Source: a candidate division WOR-3 bacterium
Lineage (GTDB): Bacteria > Hydrothermota > Hydrothermia > Hydrothermales > JAJRUZ01
Assembly (NCBI GenBank): GCA_024277525.1
Contig: JAJRUZ010000058.1
Span: forward strand, 2,767-66,766
Direction of reading: 5' to 3'
DNA: 64,000 bases
Shown piece by piece: positions 18,163 to 28,391 of this stretch (position 1 is its first letter; every line of letters starts with the position of its first letter). The notes under the pieces are model-generated. The model was not told the origin of the DNA and ran no database searches. It was given only the letters and a program-made list of their open reading frames with translations. The translations under genes were made by a program, and so were the position numbers.

Positions 18163-19881
18163 ATGTTTATATATTTAATTCATATTTTGATTATTGCCCT
18201 TTCCCTTTATCTGCATTTACATTTATCACAGTTAATGGGTTTTCCTTTATTCTCGGTCAATATCTTCCTCTTGGGTTTTACCCTTGTTTTCTTATTGAGA
18301 TTTATAAGATTTACCTTGAGACATTTTTATTTTCTGAGCTTCTGCCCTGTAGTTGCCCTTTTCTTCTCTTATTTAAATCCGGTATCAGGAGCAACCGCTG
18401 CTTTTCTTGCAATATTCCTTTTTGAAATCTTACTTTTAAAGAAAAGTGTAAAAGATCCGTTTTACAGTGCTTTGGTGTATTTTTCCGGGGCCTCCTTTAT
18501 TACCCTTATAAAATATCTTCCTCTTTCATCTAACTTAATTCTTTTTCTCTTCTTCATCATCGGTGCCCTTTTATATCCGCTTTTCTTCTATTTACCCTTG
18601 ATTATAAAATCCAAAGACAACCTTAAAGAACATCTATATATTCTCTTCTGGGAACACGCATTTTTGTTTTTTTATCTTGTCCTTACCTTTTTATTTTATG
18701 AGTCATTTTTGCAAGCGAATTATTTAAGAGTTACTTTTCTTCTTATTTTCTTTCTTATAAGTGTAGCCGCTTTAAAGGACTCCCTTAAAGTGGATAAGCT
18801 TTCCCTTTTACATAAAATTGAAAATTATCTGGCAGGCTCTTTCTCGCTTGAATCTTCTTTAAATAAAATTTTCAGATTCTTAAAAGCACACCTCTCTTTT
18901 GAACATATGAAAGTTTTTGTTCAGAGGGAAGGTGAAATTACATGCATATTTTCTGATGAAGATAGTTATAAAAATAAAAAATTTGCCCAGGAGGATTTCA
19001 AAGATATTATCAACAAAAACAGGGTATATGTAAAACATTTAAAGGATAAAAAAACATTTCTCTCACCAAAAACATTATCTTTTTATGCAACTTCATTAAA
19101 AACAGAAGGTGATATTCAAGGTTTTATTGTATTTGAATCAAAAAACATGGATAATTTTTCCGAGGATGATATAGAAAGACTAAATTCTGTATGTGACCTC
19201 ATATCAAGAATTATAGGTTCATATTTAACAATTCAAAATTTACCCAAAGTTTCGGAAGATTTAAAAGTGAATACAGTAAAAATAAAAGAATTTATGGAAG
19301 GAACCCTTTCGTTTTTAAATAGGATAGACCTTTCCTTTAAGGAGTTAAGCAGGGTATTTACCGGCATATCCGAGAAATTACATAAAAATTTTGAGGTGCT
19401 TGAAAACCTTGCAAGTAATTTTGAGGGCGGTTCACAGGATTTAAGAAAATATTCGGAAATTTTCAAAGAGAAAAGACTTAAATTATCAGAGATGTTGTTT
19501 CCCTTAAAAGAAGCGGAGGAAAGTATGGCAGAGCTTAAAAAGAGTTTTTCCAAACTGAAAGAAAACATTTTAAAGAGTATCTCTTTAAACGAAAGAATGC
19601 AGGGTTTTGTTGAGTTTATGAAGGATTACGCTTCAAAAACAAGGCTTTTATCTTTGAATGCTGCAATTGAAGCAACAAGATTAGGAGAGGAAGCAAGGGG
19701 ATTTTCTATAATTGCCGAAGAAATAGGAAATCTGGCGCAATCGGTTGAGAATGTTATAACAAAATTAACAGAGGAATTTGAATCTTCTGTTTCAATTCTT
19801 GAAGAAACAAAATCGCTTCTTGATGAATACGATAAGTTGCTTGAAATAAAAAGAAACAAATTTCTACCCTCAAGCGAATAA
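18163..19881 (+). CDS. Polytopic membrane sensor: multi-TM domain, then GAF-like domain, then methyl-accepting-chemotaxis-protein signalling domain (truncated by an in-frame TAA)
   Basis: 572 aa. The first roughly 200 aa are hydrophobic helices. A GAF-like segment follows (GFIVFESKNMDNFSEDDIERL). The MCP signalling hairpin is TRLLSLNAAIEATRLGEEARGFSIIAEEIGNLAQS. Confidence 0.65.
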   Translation: MFIYLIHILIIALSLYLHLHLSQLMGFPLFSVNIFLLGFTLVFLLRFIRFTLRHFYFLSFCPVVALFFSYLNPVSGATAAFLAIFLFEILLLKKSVKDPFYSALVYFSGASFITLIKYLPLSSNLILFLFFIIGALLYPLFFYLPLIIKSKDNLKEHLYILFWEHAFLFFYLVLTFLFYESFLQANYLRVTFLLIFFLISVAALKDSLKVDKLSLLHKIENYLAGSFSLESSLNKIFRFLKAHLSFEHMKVFVQREGEITCIFSDEDSYKNKKFAQEDFKDIINKNRVYVKHLKDKKTFLSPKTLSFYATSLKTEGDIQGFIVFESKNMDNFSEDDIERLNSVCDLISRIIGSYLTIQNLPKVSEDLKVNTVKIKEFMEGTLSFLNRIDLSFKELSRVFTGISEKLHKNFEVLENLASNFEGGSQDLRKYSEIFKEKRLKLSEMLFPLKEAEESMAELKKSFSKLKENILKSISLNERMQGFVEFMKDYASKTRLLSLNAAIEATRLGEEARGFSIIAEEIGNLAQSVENVITKLTEEFESSVSILEETKSLLDEYDKLLEIKRNKFLPSSE

Positions 19882-19902
19882 GAAAGAGAAATTCTGAGTA
19901 GT

Positions 19903-20166
19903 TTGTCCGAGATAATTCCGAAAATAGAAAACTTACCCAAAATTTTTGAAGAGTCAACAAATGAATTAACAGAAGTCATAAGGAGAATAGGGGAGCAATT
20001 GGAAGAGATAAATTCCGGTAATGAAAGAATAAGGGAAATAGAGGATGAGTTTGAAAGTATTAAAGAAAACATTGAAAAACTTAAGAAAATTTCCGAACTT
20101 TTCAGAATTTTTGCAAAGGAAATTGCAACTATAACAGAGGTTTTCAAAAAAGGTGAGGGAAAGTAG
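19903..20166 (+). CDS. Probable C-terminal helical segment of the upstream MCP-like protein (same frame, separated by a single TAA)
   Basis: 87 aa from a TTG start, in the same reading frame as 18163-19881. Helical E/K-rich composition typical of the C-terminal methylation helix. Confidence 0.35.
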   Translation: MSEIIPKIENLPKIFEESTNELTEVIRRIGEQLEEINSGNERIREIEDEFESIKENIEKLKKISELFRIFAKEIATITEVFKKGEGK

Positions 20167-21133
20167 GTTAAATATCGGAATAATCGGAGTAGGACATATA
20201 GCTCAGATAGGATACATTCCTTCTATTAAAAAATTAAAGGACAGGGTTAATTTATATGCTCTATGTGACTTGGATGAAGCAAAACTTTACAAAGCAAGGG
20301 AAATTCACGGAGCAAATATTATTTATACTGACTTTGAGGATTTGCTTTCCGACCCTGATGTTGATTGTGTAATCATTTCAACTCCGAATCATCTTCATTA
20401 CCCGATGAGTTTTGCATCAATAAGTTTCGGAAAACATACTTTATGTGAATTACCCCCTGCCCTTAATCTGGAAGAAGCAAGGGAGTTAAAATTCAAAATT
20501 GAAGACTCAAAAAATATATATATGCCTGCAATGAACTATTCAATGAGGCCCGATATTGTAAAGATAAAAGAACTTATCATTGAAAAAAAATTGATCGGTG
20601 ATGTTTTTCATGCGAAATTTATAAGGAAAAAGAAAAGATATTCCTTTTCAGAGCCTTCATGGATGAGGGACCCTAATTCTGCGGGTTCTATTTTCCATTC
20701 CTCACTTGTGCATTCATTTGAAGTATTCCTTTTTCTTTTTCAAAGAATTCCGGAAAGTTTTATTAAAATCTTCAACAAAGATAAAGATACCGGTATTGAA
20801 TCCGAAGGAACACTTTACATAAAACTGGATGAGAAAATTTCTATCCTTTTTGAAGTTCTTTGGGAACCCTATATAGAAAGTGATAAATTTCAGATTGAAA
20901 TCTACGGTGAAAAAGGAAATGCTTATTTAAGTCCTTTTAAAATTGTTCAAAAACATTTCGGAAGTGTTATTGATGTTACCCCCCGTTTAACGGAGTTTGA
21001 AAGTTTCTACCGATTATCCTTTGAGTTCCTTCTTGAGCATTTTATAAACTGTATTGAGAAAAAAGAAAAGCCGAAATTCTCCATAGATGAGGGAATAAAA
21101 ATTCTGGAAATAATTGAAAAAATAAGGGATTGA
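20153..21133 (+). CDS. Gfo/Idh/MocA family oxidoreductase
   Basis: 326 aa. N-terminal Rossmann motif IGIIGVGHIAQIGYIPSI and a conserved EKP-like region. Confidence 0.8.
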   Translation: MRESRLNIGIIGVGHIAQIGYIPSIKKLKDRVNLYALCDLDEAKLYKAREIHGANIIYTDFEDLLSDPDVDCVIISTPNHLHYPMSFASISFGKHTLCELPPALNLEEARELKFKIEDSKNIYMPAMNYSMRPDIVKIKELIIEKKLIGDVFHAKFIRKKKRYSFSEPSWMRDPNSAGSIFHSSLVHSFEVFLFLFQRIPESFIKIFNKDKDTGIESEGTLYIKLDEKISILFEVLWEPYIESDKFQIEIYGEKGNAYLSPFKIVQKHFGSVIDVTPRLTEFESFYRLSFEFLLEHFINCIEKKEKPKFSIDEGIKILEIIEKIRD

Positions 21134-22573
21134 AATATTTTTATTTCCTTTTATCTCTTCTATTTTTATTGGTTTCTTTTCCTCCTTTTTATCTTTATCC
21201 CTTTGCCTTTTTCTCTTTCGTTCCCCTTTTTTATTTTTTAAAAAAGACAAAAAAAAAATTTTTTAGCAGGTTTTATTTACGGGACAGTTTTTTCCGGACT
21301 TCAACTTCATTTTCTTTATAATTTATCAAAAATTGAAAAAGAATCAGCCTTTTGGATATTAATCGGAGTTTCTATTCTTTTTTTGTTTCACGGGCTCTAT
21401 TTCGGGCTCTTCACATTTTTTTTCAAAAAATTTCATAAAAAACCTCTCGGGGTTTTAGCAATTTCCCTTCTCTGGGTTTTTCTGGAGATAATAAGGGCAA
21501 AAGGCGAAATCGGTTTCCCCTGGATTGTTCTTTTCTTGTCCCAAAAAAACAATTTACCTCTTATTCAACTTTCCGAATTTACAGGACCATTTTTTATAAG
21601 TTTTCTAATCATATTTTTCAATGTTTCTTTATTTTCAAAGAAAAAAACTTATATTATATCTTCTTTTTCTGTTCTTATCATTTGTGAAATTTTTGGGTTT
21701 TTATTGTTAAAAAGAAATCTAAAATATTTTGACAAAATAAGGGTCGCAATTTATCAACCGGATATTCCCCTTACCTCTTCTATAAATGAGGAATTCAGGG
21801 CTTGCTCAAAAATCTATGATTCTCTTGCGGTTAAAAATGTTTATCTTTCAATATTTCCGGAATCTTCTATTCCTTCCTTTGCAAGGTATGATACAGTTGT
21901 AAGAAAAATTGTTAAAAATTTTGTTAATAAGACAAACTCATATTTAATATTCGGAAATGCGGATGCTATAAAGATTAAAGGTAAATATAAATTTTATAAT
22001 ACTGCTTTTCTTGTGAATAAAAAGGGGCAAATAATTAATTATTATTATAAAACCCATCTTACACCTTTCGGAGAAGCATTGCCTTATGATGAGAGATTTC
22101 CGATTTTAAGGAAACTTCAATTCGGACAAGGCAATTATTCAAGGGGTAAAGAATTAAGAATTTTTGATTTAAAAAGATTTAGGGCATTTGTTCTTATATG
22201 TTTTGAGTCCATATTTACAGAAATCTCAAGGGAGGCGGTTAAAAAGGGAGCAAATGTTTTAATAAATATAACAAGTGATGGATGGTTTGGGCCCTCACTG
22301 GGACCCAGGGTTCACAGGGACCTTGCAATTTTCAGAGCAATTGAAACAAGGAGGTATATATTAAGGTCTGCAAGAAGCGGAATAAGTTGTATAATTGATG
22401 AAAAAGGTAGAATTTTAAAAGAGATTCCTCTTTTTAAAAGGGGAGTTTTGACTTATGAAATTCCGGTTTTTAACTATTTAACCTTTTATGTAAAATACGG
22501 AAATTTAATAGAAATTTCTTTTATTTTATTTTTTATCATTTTCTGGATGTGTTCTTTGTTTTTTAAAATTTAA
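21130..22573 (+). CDS. lnt: Apolipoprotein N-acyltransferase Lnt, interrupted by a frameshift in an A10/T6 homopolymer (21249-21264)
   Basis: The 63-aa ORF (FPPFYLYPFAFFSFVPLFYFL) is the Lnt N-terminal TM region. The downstream frame encodes ...FLAGFIYGTVFSG... from 21263 and the 396-aa CN-hydrolase part (CFESIFTEISRE...ITSDGWFG). Removing one A from the A10 run gives a continuous FYFLKKTKKNFLAGFIYG. Confidence 0.8.
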
Positions 22574-22575
22574 AA

Positions 22576-23502
22576 ATGAACAAAATTATCTGCCCGGTAT
22601 GCAGGAATAAAGATACAGTTCTTTTTTTAAAATTAAAATTCAGAAACATAAGAAAGGCGTTTAGTCTTTATAAATGCAAAAATTGTGCCCTCTTGTTTCA
22701 ATATCCTCTTTATCCGGATGAAGTTATAAAAAATTTTTACAGAAAGAATTATTATTTTTTTTTAAGGGACGAAAATTATGAATTTAAAAGAGCGGGTATG
22801 AATTATGTAAAGATATTCGGACAAAATCTTTTTGAATTTAAAAGAAAAAAAATTATTGAAATAGGGTGCGGAAAAGGATATTTGCTTTATATTTTAAAAA
22901 ATTTGGGATGTTTTGTAAAAGGTGTAGAAATTTCAAAAGAAGCAAGTTTTTATGCCAAGGATAAATTTAAATTGGATGTATATAATGGAACAATTGAAGA
23001 TTTTGTTAAGCAGAGTAAAGAAAAATTTGATATAATTTTACTTATCGATGTTATTGAACATATAAAGAATCCGCGTGATTTTTTTAAAAGCATCTCTGAG
23101 ATTTCCAAAAACCGAAGTATAGTTGTAATAGATACTCCGAATGCTGAATCAAAATATATCTCTTATCATAAAGAAAAATGGTCCGGTTTCAATCCTTTTC
23201 ATATAAGGATTTACAGTTTAAAAGCTATAAAATCCCTCCTTTGTGATTTCGGGTTTGAAATATTTAAATATTTATATTACGGTGAAGAAAAGGAAAAAAA
23301 TTTGATGAAAAGAAAAATAAGGGAATTTTTGGATGCATTAAATCTCTCATATCCATGGGATATTACAAAAAAGTTCGTGAAAGAAAAAATAAGGAATCCG
23401 GATAAGACATTTGAGGAACTCATTCTTGACTTAAAGAGCGGAAGATTTAAAGTCGAATTAAAGGGAGATAGCAATCTTTTGGTTTTTGCAAGAAAGTGTT
23501 AA
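22576..23502 (+). CDS. Class I SAM-dependent methyltransferase with N-terminal Cys4 zinc ribbon
   Basis: 308 aa. CPVC...CKNC zinc ribbon, then SAM motif EIGCGKGYLLYIL and motif II DIILLIDVIEH. Confidence 0.7.
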   Translation: MNKIICPVCRNKDTVLFLKLKFRNIRKAFSLYKCKNCALLFQYPLYPDEVIKNFYRKNYYFFLRDENYEFKRAGMNYVKIFGQNLFEFKRKKIIEIGCGKGYLLYILKNLGCFVKGVEISKEASFYAKDKFKLDVYNGTIEDFVKQSKEKFDIILLIDVIEHIKNPRDFFKSISEISKNRSIVVIDTPNAESKYISYHKEKWSGFNPFHIRIYSLKAIKSLLCDFGFEIFKYLYYGEEKEKNLMKRKIREFLDALNLSYPWDITKKFVKEKIRNPDKTFEELILDLKSGRFKVELKGDSNLLVFARKC

Positions 23503-23609
23503 AATGTCCTTTGAGATTGCGGATGTAATTCTTCTGAGAATGTTATAAACAATTTAGAAAGTATTATAAAACCCTTAATCTAACCCTAAACACCCTTTAC
23601 AGCAAATCT

Positions 23610-24620
23610 TTATTGAGAATAAAAATTAATTAACTTTTCAATATAATTTTCAATGTTAAATTTTTCTATTATTTTTTCTCTTGCATTTCTTCCAATTTCT
23701 TTTCGTAGATTTTTATTCTTAATCAATAAAATAGTTCTTTTCACAAATTCATTTAAATTCTTATTATTCACCAAAAAACCGTCTTTTTCATTATCAATTA
23801 TTTCAGGAACAGCTCTTTCTGAGAAGGCAACACAGGGCAGTTCGGATGACATTGCTTCAAGAAGGGAAAACCCCAGGGCCTCTGAGTGAGAAGGGAAGAG
23901 AAATATATCAGAACCGCAGAGCAATTCCCTTACATCATGAGAAAAGTTCAAAAAATAAACATCAGGAACATTTAATTTTTTTAATTCCTCAAAATATTTT
24001 TTATTTTCAACTGCACCTTTTAAAAAAAGTTTCACATTTTTAAATTCTTTCTTAATAATTTTAAAAGCCTCTATTGCCTCTCTTTGACCTTTCAAAGGAT
24101 CAAATCTTGAAGTCATTGAAAGGACAATTTCATTTTCTTTTATATTAAATTCTTTCCTGAATTTTTCTCTCAAATTTCTGTTTTTTTTAAAATATTCTGT
24201 ATCAATACCCGGATAAAGCAAAATGATTTTTCCCTTCCCGACAGGCAGATTTTCTTCAAGTTCTTTTTTTACAGCATTTGATATGGCAAATATTTTGTCA
24301 ATGTTTTTATACAAAAATCTGTGATAAATATCTTTTTTTGAGATATTCAACCCCATCATGTTTGTGAAGAATTTTTTATGTGCTTTTAAAAATCTTGAGA
24401 ATATTATGTCCTGTGACCTGAAAAAGTGAATTATTTCATATTTTTCTATTAATGCTTTTAAAAGATTTAATCTTTTAATATTTTTTATTTCTATTTCGGA
24501 TTTCGGGTTAATACAGATATGCACATTTATACCTTTTTCTTTTAATTTCCGGGCTGTTTTAATTGTATAGATCTCAAGCCCTCCTTTTGATTTCGAATTC
24601 AGAAAAAAAAGGATCTTCAA
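23610..24620 (-). CDS. Glycosyltransferase family 4
   Basis: 336 aa. C-terminal GT-B motif SHSEALGFSLLEAMSSELPCVAF. Confidence 0.8.
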   Translation of the reverse strand: MKILFFLNSKSKGGLEIYTIKTARKLKEKGINVHICINPKSEIEIKNIKRLNLLKALIEKYEIIHFFRSQDIIFSRFLKAHKKFFTNMMGLNISKKDIYHRFLYKNIDKIFAISNAVKKELEENLPVGKGKIILLYPGIDTEYFKKNRNLREKFRKEFNIKENEIVLSMTSRFDPLKGQREAIEAFKIIKKEFKNVKLFLKGAVENKKYFEELKKLNVPDVYFLNFSHDVRELLCGSDIFLFPSHSEALGFSLLEAMSSELPCVAFSERAVPEIIDNEKDGFLVNNKNLNEFVKRTILLIKNKNLRKEIGRNAREKIIEKFNIENYIEKLINFYSQ

Positions 24621-24640
24621 TTAGAAAATTTAAATTAAAA

Positions 24641-24713
24641 AGCGGGCGACGGGATTCGAACCCGCGACCACCAGCTTGGGAAGCTGATGCTCTTCCGACT
24701 GAGCTACGCCCGC
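24641..24713 (-). tRNA. tRNA-Gly (anticodon CCC)
   Basis: The reverse complement GCGGGCGTAGCTCAGTCGGAAGAGCATCAGCTTCCCAAGCTGGTGGTCGCGGGTTCGAATCCCGTCGCCCGCT folds as a cloverleaf. Acceptor stem is GCGGGCG/CGCCCGC, D stem GCTC/GAGC, anticodon loop TTCCCAA, T stem GCGGG/CCCGT, discriminator U. CCA is not encoded. Confidence 0.85.
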
Positions 24714-24727
24714 ATTATTAAATTTTA

Positions 24728-26194
24728 TCAGATTTTTTTAATTTTATCAAATTCATAAAAATTTTTAACCCAGAGTCCTATTGCTGTCCAAAATATCGGT
24801 CCTAAGAAATACTGGGTTAAAAGTTGCCCTATTGAAATTGATATAATAAGTAATAAAGGAAAGAAAACTCTTGTTTTTTGGGAGGTATGAATAATTCTCA
24901 AACTTTTCCAGATTATGGAAAAAAGTAAATAAAAAAGAAGGAATCCGCCGATTAATCCGCAAGCTGCAAACATTCCGAAAAATGTAGAATCGGCTATTGA
25001 GACAAAACCGCGAAATTTAATTGATGCCAAGGTAGCGGCTCCGAGACCTACTCCGAAAGGCTTTTCGGTAAAACTCCTTCTTAATATTGTTTTCCATGCA
25101 TCCAATCTGGGATGAAGGGATGACCCTTTTCTTAAAGGGTCAAGTATACCCTGAAGGAATCTCCCTTGGTATGAAAGCGGATCCAGGGAGGAAGGAACAC
25201 TTAACAGATTCACCATCAGTATCCAACCTATCATTATGAAAAGGGATATTTTAATAAAACTTTTAAAGTTTTTTGATTTTAAATAAATTATTCCGAAAAT
25301 TGAGGTAAGAATAAAAGAATATACACCCAACCTTATACCGGAAATTATTATACCGGATAAAAATAAAAATAAAAGTAAAAATTTTAAGTATCTTCTTATA
25401 AAAAATAATGTAATTACACATAATACTCCCATAAATTCTCCGAACTCTCCCACACTTGAAAAGAATGAAAAAGGTCTTACGTTTCCTCCTATGATTGCCA
25501 GAAGAGATAGGTATTTCTCCTTTATATTTGCTATCCACATTTCTTCAAATGAGAAATATTTTACTTTTAATTGGAAAAAGGCATATAAGAGAGAGATTAT
25601 TCCCAGTATAAGAAGATAATTTTTCATTTTTTTTAATGACTTCGAATTCACAATAAATACTATATAAGAAAAAAGTGAAGGAATTAAGAGAAATTTAGCA
25701 CCTCCGAAACCCGCAAGTAATGATTTCTGGAGGGGATTAAAAATTTCCAGAAACATTATAATCTGCAAAAAGAAAAGAATCTTAAATTCCGGAAATTTAA
25801 GAATCTCTCTAAAGTTATCTATATTTGATAAAAATATATAAGTAAAAAATAAAAGAACAAGAATATCCGGAACAAGATAAAGTATATCTATGGGTACATA
25901 CTTTTCATGTAAAAGAACCCACCTTCTTAAAAAGGGCATAAAAAATATATAAGTTAATATGTAATAAAAACCGATTGTTTTATTACAAATTATAAAAATT
26001 ATTCCGATTGTTATAAAAAAGACAAAGGTGAGTACTCTTATTTTCTGATGAATAAGCATGTAAATGATAAAGATGCTTATAAGCATAATTATGAATACTG
26101 CTACAAATTGAATTTCCACATTTCGGAAACTGAATCTATGAGATTTGAATGAACCGATGAGTTGGATGCCTTTTAAATTATTTCTTCTAAACAT
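24728..26194 (-). CDS. Polytopic membrane protein, O-antigen ligase/polymerase-like
   Basis: 488 aa with 10 or more predicted TM helices. Flanked by GT4 genes. Confidence 0.45.
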   Translation of the reverse strand: MFRRNNLKGIQLIGSFKSHRFSFRNVEIQFVAVFIIMLISIFIIYMLIHQKIRVLTFVFFITIGIIFIICNKTIGFYYILTYIFFMPFLRRWVLLHEKYVPIDILYLVPDILVLLFFTYIFLSNIDNFREILKFPEFKILFFLQIIMFLEIFNPLQKSLLAGFGGAKFLLIPSLFSYIVFIVNSKSLKKMKNYLLILGIISLLYAFFQLKVKYFSFEEMWIANIKEKYLSLLAIIGGNVRPFSFFSSVGEFGEFMGVLCVITLFFIRRYLKFLLLFLFLSGIIISGIRLGVYSFILTSIFGIIYLKSKNFKSFIKISLFIMIGWILMVNLLSVPSSLDPLSYQGRFLQGILDPLRKGSSLHPRLDAWKTILRRSFTEKPFGVGLGAATLASIKFRGFVSIADSTFFGMFAACGLIGGFLLFYLLFSIIWKSLRIIHTSQKTRVFFPLLLIISISIGQLLTQYFLGPIFWTAIGLWVKNFYEFDKIKKI

Positions 26195-27261
26195 TTCTTT
26201 ACCCCTTCTATCATTTTATCTATTGTGAATAATTCTTTATACCTTTTATATCCTCTATCGGATAAATTTTTTTGTAATTTTTTATCCTTATATAAGCGGA
26301 TAATTTTTTCGCATATATCATTTATACTTTCCTTTTTTGCAAGTAATCCTGCATCCCCGACTATCTCAGGAACAGCCGCAACTGCGGTAGCAACTATCGG
26401 CTTTCTAAAAGCCATCGCCTCAACAAGAACGCGTCCGAAACCTTCCCTCTCACGCGGAACATGTAAAAATATATCACATTTTTTATAAAAAGAAAAAACA
26501 TCATCCCTTTTACCGAAAAATCTCACATTTTTTATGTTTTCTTTTCTTACTTTTTCTATCAATTTCTTTTTAAATTTATCCTCTCCCGGATGTATCGCAT
26601 CTCCTACAATCCAGAATTCAAAATCTTTTAATTTTTTTGCACACTCAATTATTATATCCTGACCTTTCCAGTGCTGTATATTTCCTACGCTTAAAATTGT
26701 AAACTTTTCTTTTTTAATTTCATTATCTATAAACCCGTTCGGAATCCTGATTCCGTTATATACAACCCTTATTTTATTTTTTCCCAAATAAAAGAAATCT
26801 TTCACACGCTCGGAAATTGTTATAATCATGAAAGGAAAAATAGCAAATAATCTAAACACAAACTTGGAAACCTCCTCGGGCACATCCCTGAAATGCCATA
26901 CCAATTTTTTATTCTTTCTCACAAAAGGGATAGAAAAGAATAAATGCATTTTCATTGAATGCGTGTATATCAAATCAGGGTTATATTTCTCAATTATTTT
27001 CCTTAATTCTTTCAAAATTTTAATAATTTCTTTTTTAAATAAGGGTAAAAACAATCCCCTTTTGACCCTCCATATATCCGAATCAGGTAAGGGAAGCTCA
27101 AAAAGGGTTATATTTTGCTTTTTAGCCATTTTCCATAGTTCCCCTTTTCTTGTTAAAAGAGCAACTTCATATTTATCTTTTATCCCTGTTAAAACATCCC
27201 ACATGCTTCTTTCACCGCCTATATAATAAGGAGAGTGTGTAGCAAATAGAATTTTTTTCAT
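26173..27261 (-). CDS. Glycosyltransferase family 4
   Basis: 362 aa. GT-B motif EGFGRVLVEAMAFRKPIVATAVAAVPEIV. Confidence 0.8.
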   Translation of the reverse strand: MKKILFATHSPYYIGGERSMWDVLTGIKDKYEVALLTRKGELWKMAKKQNITLFELPLPDSDIWRVKRGLFLPLFKKEIIKILKELRKIIEKYNPDLIYTHSMKMHLFFSIPFVRKNKKLVWHFRDVPEEVSKFVFRLFAIFPFMIITISERVKDFFYLGKNKIRVVYNGIRIPNGFIDNEIKKEKFTILSVGNIQHWKGQDIIIECAKKLKDFEFWIVGDAIHPGEDKFKKKLIEKVRKENIKNVRFFGKRDDVFSFYKKCDIFLHVPREREGFGRVLVEAMAFRKPIVATAVAAVPEIVGDAGLLAKKESINDICEKIIRLYKDKKLQKNLSDRGYKRYKELFTIDKMIEGVKKCLEEII

Positions 27262-28391
27262 TCCGGATAAAAACCTTCCTTAATCTCAAAATCCTTTATA
27301 TTCTTTAATCTTTCATTTCTGAACTCCTTCGGAACAGGGAGATTATCAATTATACATTCTGCAAGTATTTCAGACAGAGCAGGCGCTCTCATTATACCGA
27401 GTCCATTAAATCCACAAATGATGTATAAATTTTCAAAATTTTCTATTTTACCTATAATGGGCTTTTTATCAGGGGTCGCAAGACACAAACCCGCCCATCC
27501 CCCTTTATATTCTGAATCTTCAAATTCTTTTGAAATTTTTGAAACCTTCTGCGCAATTTCAAATATAAATTCATCATCATTTGAAGGATTGTAATTTGAT
27601 ATATTTGCTTCTTTTCCCTCTGTTCCATCACCGACAAGAATTTCGTTTTTTATCTCCTTTCTCATATAAATATTATAATCAAGGTCATTAAAAATAGGAA
27701 AATCAACATCTTTTTTTAAAATCAAAATCCCTGCCTGTGTTCTGTAAGGTTTTACTTTTAATTCAATACCGATTTTTTTTAAAATCTTTTTACTCCATAC
27801 ACCTGCTGATATTACATAAATATCAAAATAAAATTTTCCCCTTGAAGTTGTGATAGATTCGACTCTTTCGTTTTTTATATTTAAATTTTCTATTTTATAA
27901 AAGAATTTAAAATCATGTCCTTTTTTGCGGAGATAGGAATAAACAGAATATAAGAGTTCACCGGTATCCACATAAATTCCGTCATCGGTCCTTAAATATT
28001 TTTTTTCTTCATTAAAAAAATCATATTTATTTTTAATTTCTTTAAGACTCAAAATTTCAAACCCTATGAATTTTTTCTTTAATTTTTCCTGAAGTGTATC
28101 TATTAATTTTTCATCTCTGCTTGCACTTATTGTTTCATATTTTTTCAAAAACTTAAATTTGTTTTTCTCATTTATTTCATTTAAGATTTTTTGTGTCCTT
28201 TTTGAGAGTTCAATATCAATTTCATCAAAAAGATGAGTAACAACAAGACCTGCGCTTCTTCCTGTTGCTCCTGAGGCAATAACCTCTTTATCAAAAACCG
28301 TTATTTTATCTGCTCCGAATTTATCAAGAAAATATGCTGTTAAAACACCTGCTATTCCTGAACCGATTATACATACTCTCAGATTACTCAA
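27258..28391 (-). CDS. FAD-dependent oxidoreductase (DAO family; D-amino-acid / sarcosine oxidase-like)
   Basis: 377 aa. N-terminal dinucleotide-binding motif VCIIGSGIAGVLTAYFL. Confidence 0.75.
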   Translation of the reverse strand: MSNLRVCIIGSGIAGVLTAYFLDKFGADKITVFDKEVIASGATGRSAGLVVTHLFDEIDIELSKRTQKILNEINEKNKFKFLKKYETISASRDEKLIDTLQEKLKKKFIGFEILSLKEIKNKYDFFNEEKKYLRTDDGIYVDTGELLYSVYSYLRKKGHDFKFFYKIENLNIKNERVESITTSRGKFYFDIYVISAGVWSKKILKKIGIELKVKPYRTQAGILILKKDVDFPIFNDLDYNIYMRKEIKNEILVGDGTEGKEANISNYNPSNDDEFIFEIAQKVSKISKEFEDSEYKGGWAGLCLATPDKKPIIGKIENFENLYIICGFNGLGIMRAPALSEILAECIIDNLPVPKEFRNERLKNIKDFEIKEGFYPE

